Positions 1 through 5,885 of a stretch of DNA of 8,257 bases are shown here, piece after piece; positions within the stretch are counted from its first letter, which is position 1, and every line of letters begins with the position of its first letter. Source of the stretch: a virus; the UHGV virus genome UHGV-0211679; one strand, written 5' to 3'. The notes beneath the pieces are model-generated. The model was not told where the DNA came from and ran no database searches. It was given only the letters and a program-made list of their open reading frames with translations. A program made the position numbers and the translations under genes.

Positions 1-1095
1 ATGGCGGTTCATGTAGTAACAGGCAAATTAGGCTCAGGCAAGACACTTGTTAGTGTTTCCAGAATACAGGAAAGACTTGCTAAGGGTTGTCCTGTTGCCA
101 CTAATCTTGATCTTAAATTGCATAATATGCCTATGGTTGGGCGTTATGCGAAAAAAACGCGCGTTATTCGCATTCCTGACAAGCCTTCATTAAATGATTT
201 ACTTGCTATTGGTATTGGGAATACATCTTACGATGAATCCCGTAATGGCCTCCTTGTACTTGATGAATGTGGTACTTGGTTTAATTCCCGCTCATGGGGT
301 GATAAAGACAGACAACCTGTTATTGACTGGTTTTTACATGCCAGAAAATTAGGCTGGGATATTATATTTTTGATTCAGGATATTTCGATAATGGATAAGC
401 AAGCTCGTCTGGCGCTTGCTGAGCATGTTGTTTATTGTCGCCGTTCAGATAAATTAAACATTCCTTTTGTTGGCTCCATTATGAATTTGGTTTCAGGGGC
501 GCGATTTTCTTTACCAAAGGTACACTTTGGCATTGTCAAATATGGTGATAACGTTAATTCAATTACTGTTGATAAATGGATATACACCGGAAAATCATTA
601 TATTCCGCCTACAATACAAAACAGGTTTTTACTGATAACTATCCGCATGGTGCTTATTCGCTTTTGCCACCATTTATCACGCACGGTCAATTTTCTGTTC
701 ACAGAGGATTTAATTATTATATGCGCCTCACGAAAATTTATTTTCGCAAATCGAACCGTCTTATATTAATGCTTTCTTTTTTGGCGCTGGGGCTTGCGCT
801 TGGTTTCTGGCTCCAGTCTGGAAAGAATGTTGATGAAATCTCCGCTATTAAATCTGCTTATGCTGAACAGGCGAGGGCGGTAACGCCTGATTCGTCCAGT
901 GACTTACCCCGACTTTCTATTAATTCTTTTTCACAACTTGGCTTTGACGTTTCCGTTACGTTTGTTGATGCAAAAGGTACGAAATATCAGTATTTTGATT
1001 TGATTAAAGATGGTTATTCCGTTGATATTAAAGATGCCTGTCGTGTTGTTATTAGAAAAGGCCGTTATTTACAGACTGTTATCTGTCAGGAGTAA
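1..1095 (+). CDS. I: Filamentous-phage assembly protein pI (gene I; Zot-like P-loop NTPase)
   Basis: 364-aa ORF from ATG at 1, stop TAA 1093-1095. Walker A GKLGSGKT near N-terminus. Blocks such as LLVLDECGTWFN, IDWFLHARKLGWDIIFL and LAEHVVYCRR match my recollection of M13/IKe pI. Hydrophobic segment ILMLSFLALGLALGFWL in the C-terminal third. Confidence 0.95.
   Translation: MAVHVVTGKLGSGKTLVSVSRIQERLAKGCPVATNLDLKLHNMPMVGRYAKKTRVIRIPDKPSLNDLLAIGIGNTSYDESRNGLLVLDECGTWFNSRSWGDKDRQPVIDWFLHARKLGWDIIFLIQDISIMDKQARLALAEHVVYCRRSDKLNIPFVGSIMNLVSGARFSLPKVHFGIVKYGDNVNSITVDKWIYTGKSLYSAYNTKQVFTDNYPHGAYSLLPPFITHGQFSVHRGFNYYMRLTKIYFRKSNRLILMLSFLALGLALGFWLQSGKNVDEISAIKSAYAEQARAVTPDSSSDLPRLSINSFSQLGFDVSVTFVDAKGTKYQYFDLIKDGYSVDIKDACRVVIRKGRYLQTVICQE
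721..1095 (+). CDS. XI: pXI (gene XI), in-frame internal start within gene I
   Basis: In-frame ATG at 721 (codon 241 of gene I) giving MRLTKIYFRK..., the position and sequence context where Ff phages start pXI (M13 MKLTKIYLKK). Inferred by analogy only. Confidence 0.55.
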   Translation: MRLTKIYFRKSNRLILMLSFLALGLALGFWLQSGKNVDEISAIKSAYAEQARAVTPDSSSDLPRLSINSFSQLGFDVSVTFVDAKGTKYQYFDLIKDGYSVDIKDACRVVIRKGRYLQTVICQE

Positions 1096-1102
1096 TATTA
1101 TT

Positions 1103-2368
1103 ATGCGCTCTGTTATTGTTGCTTTTTTATTTGCCTGTTCATTCTGCGTTTCTGCTGAAACTGTTAATTTAAACAATTCATCTGTTCGCTCATTTGTTCA
1201 GTGGTATTCTTCAAAAACTGGCAAGCCTGTTATTGTTAATCCTGATATTAAAGGAAACGTAACCGTATTTAATGCTGATGTTAATCCAACAAATATTGAT
1301 GATTTCTTTAAGTCTGTTCTGAATGCTAACGGTTTTGTCATGCTTTCTGGCAATCCTGCGGTAGTCTCTTTGCCGTCTAAATTACCTTCACAGATGGTTT
1401 CGGATTCCGATGATTCTGATAACCAGTCTTATGATACTTTTCCTTCTGAGCCATCTTACCAGCCAGTACCTGTGGCGCTTACGGTCAGAAATTTTAAGCT
1501 GACAAAAGTTAGATCGTCCGATGTTCAGCAACTGATTAAAATTTATCTTGATTCTAATGGTGGTGGTAATGTCGTGGATTATCCAGGCAATAACTCGCTG
1601 ATTGTTTCTGCGCCTGACGAGCTGCTGCCGGTTCTGTCCGATTTTATCAATTCTGTGGATGTTGCCCGCGATCAGGTTCTCATTCAGTCGCTGATGTTTG
1701 AAACCAGCTTGTCTGATGGCGTTGATTTATCGTTTGCGGCAGGTTCTGCATCCGGTCATAAGGTTGCGGGGGGCTTTAATACTTCTGCACTGGGTAGCGC
1801 TCTTTCTACGGCGGGCGGTTCTTTTGGTATTTTTGATGGTAACGTGTTGGCGCTGTCTCTGCGTGCTGTCCAGAGTAATTCACGCTCTAAGGTGATTTCA
1901 ACGCCGCGTATTCTTACTCAGTCTGGTCAGACTGGTTACATTTCCGTAGGTAAGAATGTGCCGTTTATCACCGGAAAGGTAACGGGCGAATCTGCCGGGG
2001 TAAATAATCCGTTTCAGACTATCGAGCGTCATGATGTTGGCGTTTCTCTCAAGGTAACGCCTGTTGTCATGGGTAACGGGCAACTAGTTCTGACTATCGA
2101 CACTCGCGCTGATTCAATCAGCAATGATGATCAGGCATCCGATATTATTACTAATCAGCGCCAGATTCAGACGACAGTCCAGATTAAGGATGGTCAGACG
2201 TTGTTATTGGGGGGGCTTATCGATTCATCGTTTAGCAATGCTGAGCGTTCAGTTCCAGTTATAAGTAAAATTCCTCTTATAGGCTGGATTTTCAGTAGCA
2301 AGGCAGACAGCAATGAACAGCGTATTATGTATATTTTGCTTACAGCACATATCATTCGTCCACTTTGA
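1103..2368 (+). CDS. IV: Filamentous-phage secretin pIV (gene IV)
   Basis: ATG 1103 preceded by AGGAG (1088-1092); stop TGA 2366-2368. Signal-peptide-like N-terminus MRSVIVAFLFACSFCVSA. Secretin blocks GGSFGIF, VPFITGKVTGES, NPFQTIER, GQTLLLGGL and IPLIG match recalled Ff pIV. The track ORF extension back to 1010 overlaps gene I and is not used. Confidence 0.93.
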   Translation: MRSVIVAFLFACSFCVSAETVNLNNSSVRSFVQWYSSKTGKPVIVNPDIKGNVTVFNADVNPTNIDDFFKSVLNANGFVMLSGNPAVVSLPSKLPSQMVSDSDDSDNQSYDTFPSEPSYQPVPVALTVRNFKLTKVRSSDVQQLIKIYLDSNGGGNVVDYPGNNSLIVSAPDELLPVLSDFINSVDVARDQVLIQSLMFETSLSDGVDLSFAAGSASGHKVAGGFNTSALGSALSTAGGSFGIFDGNVLALSLRAVQSNSRSKVISTPRILTQSGQTGYISVGKNVPFITGKVTGESAGVNNPFQTIERHDVGVSLKVTPVVMGNGQLVLTIDTRADSISNDDQASDIITNQRQIQTTVQIKDGQTLLLGGLIDSSFSNAERSVPVISKIPLIGWIFSSKADSNEQRIMYILLTAHIIRPL

Positions 2369-2412
2369 TGGATAGCGGGTAGGTGCGTGAGCCCTGCTCG
2401 CTATCCATCAAA
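2364..2412 (+). other. Long DNA hairpin directly after gene IV (candidate packaging-signal or intergenic origin hairpin)
   Basis: Inverted repeat TTTGATGGATAGCG (2364-2377) / CGCTATCCATCAAA (2399-2412): 14 perfect bp, extendable by about 6 more with G-T wobbles. Overlaps the gene IV stop. In Ff phages the packaging-signal hairpin lies immediately after gene IV. The structure is seen; the role is inferred. Confidence 0.5.
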
Positions 2413-2437
2413 TGGACATTATTGATTGGGGTAACTA

Positions 2438-2746
2438 ATGGATTCTTATGGGATTTTATCTGCTCTGGCAGAACGAACGATTACAGCGGAAGAAGCAAAA
2501 ACAATGACACTTGCAGCCAGAAGTTCTTCGGCTCAGGTAAATGAAGCATCACTTGCTCTGTTACTGATTGATAATACTCTGGATGCGATCAAAGCAGCTG
2601 CCAGTGAAGGGAAAGGATACACTTTACTTCCTTCTTATGAGATTTCTTTAAAAGCCATTGATTTAGCAGAAGAATTTTTAAGGAAACAATGCGGCTATGT
2701 TATTGATAACCAGAATGGCGTAAGGACGGTCTATTGGTTTATATGA
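2438..2746 (+). CDS. Hypothetical protein, 102 aa, no recognisable family
   Basis: ORF ATG 2438 to TGA 2744-2746; weak SD-like GGGG 7 nt upstream. Mildly acidic, predicted mostly helical, no TM segment. Flanked by two long hairpins, so it could alternatively be non-coding intergenic sequence. Confidence 0.4.
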   Translation: MDSYGILSALAERTITAEEAKTMTLAARSSSAQVNEASLALLLIDNTLDAIKAAASEGKGYTLLPSYEISLKAIDLAEEFLRKQCGYVIDNQNGVRTVYWFI

Positions 2747-2747
2747 T

Positions 2748-2792
2748 AACCCCGGACAGTGACAAAACTTGCTTTTGTTAGTGTCCGGGGTT
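2748..2792 (+). other. Long near-perfect DNA hairpin (candidate origin or structured intergenic element)
   Basis: AACCCCGGACAGTGACAAAA (2748-2767) pairs with TTTTGTTAGTGTCCGGGGTT (2773-2792): about 19 bp stem with one mismatch and one G-T pair, 5-nt loop. A T7 run sits about 20 nt downstream (2813-2819), too far for a canonical intrinsic terminator. Confidence 0.5.
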
Positions 2793-2863
2793 GGCCAAGC
2801 CGAACAATTCTGTTTTTTTAGCGTTATTGCTGATTCGGCGCGGCAGCATTACGAGGAGATAAA

Positions 2864-3097
2864 ATGCAATTTTTCACATCCAGCGATACTGTAATGTTAT
2901 GTGCGAAGACCTGCGATCGCTGTGGTCGCCATGCGAAGACGGTGGTAGATGACATTGAGTTCAATGAGTTTCTGTCTGTTAATCACTTAGCTGGATACGG
3001 TTCAATTTTTGGTGACAGTAATCGCTTAAAACTGGATTTATGCCAACATTGCCTGAAAGACGTCCTGGGCCAGTGGATTACGGTCTGTGACCAATGA
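2864..3097 (+). CDS. Small zinc-ribbon-like protein, 77 aa (CxxC...CxxC)
   Basis: ATG 2864 preceded by a strong SD GAGGAG (2853-2858) with 5-nt spacer; stop TGA 3095-3097. Two CxxC pairs (CDRC and CQHC) about 43 residues apart suggest a Zn-binding ribbon. No family assignment possible by eye. Confidence 0.6.
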   Translation: MQFFTSSDTVMLCAKTCDRCGRHAKTVVDDIEFNEFLSVNHLAGYGSIFGDSNRLKLDLCQHCLKDVLGQWITVCDQ

Positions 3098-3135
3098 CGG
3101 CACCGGTAACGCCAGTTCCCACCATCCTTACCATT

Positions 3136-3168
3136 GGTGCGCATAATGTACGACTCGTTATGTTGAAA
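3136..3168 (+). other. dif-like XerC/XerD recombination site (candidate attP of an Xer-exploiting integrative phage)
   Basis: GGTGCGCATAA (3136-3146) is an 11/11 match to the XerC arm of E. coli dif (GGTGCGCATAA-TGTATA-TTATGTTAAAT, recalled). Then TGTACGACTCG (11-nt central region beginning TGTA), then TTATGTTGAAA (3158-3168), 9/11 to the XerD arm. Central region is longer than the canonical 6 bp. Confidence 0.6.
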
Positions 3169-3202
3169 AGGCCGCTGCGAAAATAGAATCCCGCAGCGGC
3201 CT
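3169..3202. terminator. Hairpin between convergent genes, putative bidirectional intrinsic terminator
   Basis: AGGCCGCTGCG (3169-3179) / CGCAGCGGCCT (3192-3202): 11-bp GC-rich stem, 12-nt loop. Followed by CTTTA on + and TTTCAA on the minus strand, so the U-tracts are short. Lies between the end of the 2864-3097 ORF and the end of the minus-strand operon. Confidence 0.5.
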
Positions 3203-3232
3203 CTTTAGCATAACGTCATTGTGCGAACCAAT

Positions 3233-3937
3233 TCATAATGCTGCGGGAGCCACGTAATAGACAATCACAAATACAGCTAATGCTCCACCTGCTCTTACCC
3301 AGTTTGATATTTTGACTTCTATAAACCCGGGTATAAATGAGACTACCCCAGCAACTGCTGCTGAAAGAATTATTCGAAAGAAAGTGTATTGAAAGTTCGT
3401 TGGATTAGGTATAAATATTGCGATTATTATAAAAAGAATAACAAGTAAAATGCCAAAGCTAAATGCCGCTATTCTCTCGTGTGCTTTTGTCAATTTTTCT
3501 TTTCCTTTATTGTCAAATCCATATACTGGCATATCTTCATTAACGAAAAGATTCCTTATTTCTTTTGCAGAACGTTTGTCATGGGCTTTTACTATCCTTT
3601 GCATTGAAGCAAAAGCAGTGGAGCTTGGTTTAATACTATTATCATTCATTACCTCTCTATATTTTTTGTAATGAGCTAAGATAAGGTGAAGAACATCAAT
3701 GCATGTTTCTGCAAGCCATTGATTCCATTGAGTATTATTTAATTCATCTACTGTTCTGTTATGTGCAGCGCAGTGTTCTAAATAGCCGAAAAAACTGTCT
3801 CCACATGAATTCACGGTATCAAAATCACATTTACCAGATAGGTAACACTCTAATGACTCAGTATATTTTTCATATAAACGCTCAATTTCTTTTTTTTGAT
3901 TATCAATGATACCGTGAACATCCATATCTGATTTCAC
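3233..3937 (-). CDS. Membrane protein, about 230 aa: Cys-rich soluble N-domain plus C-terminal transmembrane helices; function unknown
   Basis: Minus-strand ORF, stop TGA (rc of 3233-3235). First codon is GTG at 3937-3935, overlapping the upstream TAG (TAGTG); the first ATG is at 3925-3923. N-terminal about 155 aa hydrophilic with C-x5-C-x7-C-x10-C (LECYLSGKCDFDTVNSCGDSFFGYLEHC). C-terminus has hydrophobic stretches FSFGILLVILFIIIAIFIP, FFRIILSAAVAGVVSFIPGFI and GGALAVFVIVYYVAPAAL. Visibly AT-rich compared with the phage core. Confidence 0.6.
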   Translation of the reverse strand: MKSDMDVHGIIDNQKKEIERLYEKYTESLECYLSGKCDFDTVNSCGDSFFGYLEHCAAHNRTVDELNNTQWNQWLAETCIDVLHLILAHYKKYREVMNDNSIKPSSTAFASMQRIVKAHDKRSAKEIRNLFVNEDMPVYGFDNKGKEKLTKAHERIAAFSFGILLVILFIIIAIFIPNPTNFQYTFFRIILSAAVAGVVSFIPGFIEVKISNWVRAGGALAVFVIVYYVAPAAL

Positions 3938-4212
3938 TATCTTTTTTGTTGAGTGTTATTTGACTGGGATTGAATTTTTGCCAATAGCGAACTTGCTTTC
4001 GATGTATTCAATCCATTACAAATCATTCTTGTAATCGGTTTTTTGTAAATTCGATGAACGATATTTTCAACTTCAGTGATGCTTTCATTGCCACTGAGTT
4101 TTTTTATCTCATTGAACATCTCCTCCAATTGTTCATTTGTTGGATGCCATTTGATTATATCTAATTCTTCCTCTAATGCTTTTTTAAAAAGGAAAACCTG
4201 AAAAGATAACAT
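3937..4212 (-). CDS. Hypothetical small protein, 91 aa, with C-terminal tail paralogous to the upstream ORF
   Basis: ATG at 4212-4210 preceded by AAGGAAAG with 4-nt spacer; stop TAG (rc of 3937-3939). C-terminal 26 aa NGLNTSKASSLLAKIQSQSNNTQQKR parallels the tail of ORF 4214-4510. Confidence 0.55.
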   Translation of the reverse strand: MLSFQVFLFKKALEEELDIIKWHPTNEQLEEMFNEIKKLSGNESITEVENIVHRIYKKPITRMICNGLNTSKASSLLAKIQSQSNNTQQKR

Positions 4213-4213
4213 A

Positions 4214-4510
4214 TTACTTTCCTTGTGTTGGTTTAGTAGTGGATTGTTGAGCTTTTTCTAAAAGCCTTTTTGCTTTAGATGTGTCCAAACCATCTTGGGC
4301 AAAGCCTTGTTGCTTATCATTCTGTTTTTGTTCACTTTTTTTTGGCGTATTCATCAGTATATACTTTGACTCGTTTTGTTTATCTCGATGACTTACTTTT
4401 TGTTTAAGTTTTGCACAAACTAGAACGTGCAGTGTTGGTAATACTGCACGTTTGTACCATTCGTGGTACTTAATCCTTTTGTTTGGCAGACATGAGATCT
4501 TCTGCTGCAT
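4214..4510 (-). CDS. Hypothetical small K/Q-rich protein (start uncertain), tail paralogous to ORF 3937-4212
   Basis: Stop TAA (rc of 4214-4216), 1 nt before the ATG of the next gene. The track start at 4528 is a TTG; the first ATG is at 4510-4508, and a later ATG at 4354-4352 would give a 46-aa product. None has a clear SD. C-terminal 26 aa DGLDTSKAKRLLEKAQQSTTKPTQGK. Overlaps the end of the RHH gene if started at 4510. Confidence 0.3.
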   Translation of the reverse strand: MQQKISCLPNKRIKYHEWYKRAVLPTLHVLVCAKLKQKVSHRDKQNESKYILMNTPKKSEQKQNDKQQGFAQDGLDTSKAKRLLEKAQQSTTKPTQGK

Positions 4511-4652
4511 CTTTAGAGTAGTTATCAATCAGATAACCTAAAATCTCTGTCCATGTAATTGTTTTTCCTAGTTTTACACTGGCATTTATAGCCAGTCGTT
4601 CTAGTTTCATTTTTCTTTCTTCCGTCACGTTATAAGTCGTGCGCTTTGCCAT
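4470..4652 (-). CDS. Ribbon-helix-helix-like small DNA-binding protein, 60 aa (candidate phage repressor or antitoxin-type regulator)
   Basis: ATG at 4652-4650, stop TAA (rc of 4470-4472). MAKRTTYNVTEERKMKLERLAINASVKLGKTITWTEILGYLIDNYSKD fits an RHH pattern: short N-terminal beta-strand (TYNVT), helix, turn, helix. Divergent from gene II across a repeat-containing region. Confidence 0.55.
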   Translation of the reverse strand: MAKRTTYNVTEERKMKLERLAINASVKLGKTITWTEILGYLIDNYSKDAAEDLMSAKQKD

Positions 4653-4699
4653 TTTTTACGCTCGTTCAATGCAATATTTGAAGTGAGTATACATGCTCA

Positions 4700-4779
4700 T
4701 GAACTCATATCATCCAAGCCTCTTGAACTCACTAGCTCACTGATGTAATGTTAAAACACTAATGAACTACTGAACTCAT
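4700..4779. promoter_or_regulatory. Four direct TGAACT(C/A) repeats in the divergent control region (candidate operator or iteron array)
   Basis: TGAACTCAT at 4700-4708, TGAACTCAC at 4724-4732, TGAACTAC at 4763-4770, TGAACTCAT at 4771-4779. Located between the RHH gene start (4652, minus) and the gene II start (4822, plus). Confidence 0.45.
4723..4751 (+). promoter_or_regulatory. Candidate sigma70 promoter for gene II
   Basis: TTGAAC (4723-4728), 17-nt spacer, TAATGT (4746-4751). The -35 overlaps one TGAACT repeat. Pattern match by eye only. Confidence 0.3.
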
Positions 4780-4821
4780 GTGTTAGTAAGTCGTCATTTT
4801 TGCAATTTTGAGGATTTATTC

Positions 4822-5874
4822 GTGATCGATTGGCTTACCGGGATTTTCCCTTGCACACACAAACCGCTTCCGGCGGGGAGTGTTGTCAGCGTTGATGCTG
4901 ACGGTGCAATTGAGTGGGAAACCGTTAAGCGACTGACTGTTCGCGGCTCGCATGAAGCAACGATGAAAGTACGATCGATAGGATCTAATGGCGAAGGTAA
5001 AGCGACACATTTGTACATTGATGGTAATCCGTCCAAGTTTTTGCAGGGGCATTCTGTTGTTGGGTCGGATGATATACAAGGGCTCATGTTGACGGTCTAT
5101 GCCAGGATTTTATCCTTATTGAATATTCCTCATGATTTAGCGTCTTATAAAGCTGTTATAGCAGGTCAGTATAAAATTTCACGTGTTGACATTAATTACA
5201 TGTATTCATTATCTACGCTAGAAAATGTCAGATCATGGCTTTATGCCGCCGAATTTAAAGCTAAAACACGCCATGGTCGCGCATGTGGGAAAGGCGGTAC
5301 AGTTTATTTAGGTAAAAACTCCCGTCGATGGAGTCTGAAATTTTATTCAAAATATGATGAACACGTTTCGGGTAAAAAAGGGCACCAGATAGCCGAAGAT
5401 TTTGTACGAGCCGGGTTACTGGACTGGACGAAAGATAAATTACGTATTGAATTAACATTAAGAACAACTGAGCTTATTGATTTAAATTTAACGCTTGGCG
5501 CTAACTGGAATATGAAAACACCACGTCAATTATTCTCTGAATATGTAGGGAGAATAGAAATGAATCAGAATGCTATTTTAAGTGATGAAAAAATAACGAA
5601 ACTGCCAAGAAAAATACAGTCAACTTATTTACTTTGGAAACAAGGGGCTAACATGAAAGAAATGTTACCTCATAACACTTTTTATCGCCATAGAAGAGAA
5701 TTGCTTTCGTTCGGTATCGATATTAATTTCTATTGTGATTCACCAGACTCTAATAACGTTGTTCCGCTAATAAGAACGCTGGAAGCCAAGCCAGTGGAAA
5801 TCCCCTTATGGATTTATGAGAAAGGTTTTATTTTCGATTACAACCGTATTTCGCACGCCAGTAGCTGGCATTAA
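4822..5874 (+). CDS. II: Replication initiation protein pII (gene II, rolling-circle nickase)
   Basis: GTG start at 4822 preceded by GAGGA (4810-4814) with 7-nt spacer; product begins (M)IDWL..., compare M13 pII MIDML.... Blocks NPSKFLQGHSVVGSDD and NNVVPLIR match recalled M13 pII (SPAKVLQGHNVFGTTD, NNVVPLVR). Stop TAA 5872-5874. An upstream in-frame GTG at 4780 lacks an SD. Confidence 0.85.
   Translation: MIDWLTGIFPCTHKPLPAGSVVSVDADGAIEWETVKRLTVRGSHEATMKVRSIGSNGEGKATHLYIDGNPSKFLQGHSVVGSDDIQGLMLTVYARILSLLNIPHDLASYKAVIAGQYKISRVDINYMYSLSTLENVRSWLYAAEFKAKTRHGRACGKGGTVYLGKNSRRWSLKFYSKYDEHVSGKKGHQIAEDFVRAGLLDWTKDKLRIELTLRTTELIDLNLTLGANWNMKTPRQLFSEYVGRIEMNQNAILSDEKITKLPRKIQSTYLLWKQGANMKEMLPHNTFYRHRRELLSFGIDINFYCDSPDSNNVVPLIRTLEAKPVEIPLWIYEKGFIFDYNRISHASSWH
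5560..5874 (+). CDS. X: pX (gene X), in-frame internal start within gene II
   Basis: ATG at 5560 in the gene II frame with SD GGGAG (5548-5552); product MNQNAILSDEK..., 104 aa, equal to the C-terminal part of pII, as in Ff phages (M13 pX starts MNIYDDSAVL). Confidence 0.6.
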   Translation: MNQNAILSDEKITKLPRKIQSTYLLWKQGANMKEMLPHNTFYRHRRELLSFGIDINFYCDSPDSNNVVPLIRTLEAKPVEIPLWIYEKGFIFDYNRISHASSWH

Positions 5875-5885
5875 AGGAAAGTAAT

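Noticed and set aside
527-769. 80-aa + strand ORF in an alternative frame inside gene I
   Set aside because: Wholly embedded in the well-supported gene I frame; no start context or recognisable product.
1010-1102. Upstream in-frame extension of the gene IV ORF (track start 1010)
   Set aside because: It overlaps the end of gene I. The secretin signal peptide begins at the ATG at 1103, which has an AGGAG Shine-Dalgarno.
1698-2083. ORFs 1698-1895 (+) and 1898-2083 (-) inside gene IV
   Set aside because: Alternative-frame and antisense ORFs within a strongly supported secretin gene; treated as chance ORFs.
2748-2820. Hairpin 2748-2792 as a rho-independent terminator for the 2438-2746 ORF
   Set aside because: The T-run (2813-2819) is about 20 nt from the stem, not adjacent. 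More consistent with a structural or origin hairpin.
3450-3909. Plus-strand ORFs 3450-3671 and 3703-3909
   Set aside because: Antisense to the better-supported minus-strand membrane-protein gene; AT-rich sequence produces chance ORFs.
4780-4821. GTG at 4780 as the gene II start
   Set aside because: No Shine-Dalgarno, and it lies within the repeat region. The GTG at 4822 has GAGGA at the right spacing and yields an (M)ID... N-terminus like Ff pII.
2369-4821. Ff-type plus-strand origin nick consensus (TTCTTTAATAGTGGACTC-like)
   Set aside because: I could not find a convincing match by eye in the non-coding stretches, so no origin is annotated.
4794-5467. Minus-strand ORFs 4794-5087, 4816-5079 and 5261-5467
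   Set aside because: Antisense to gene II, which has clear homology blocks to Ff pII.
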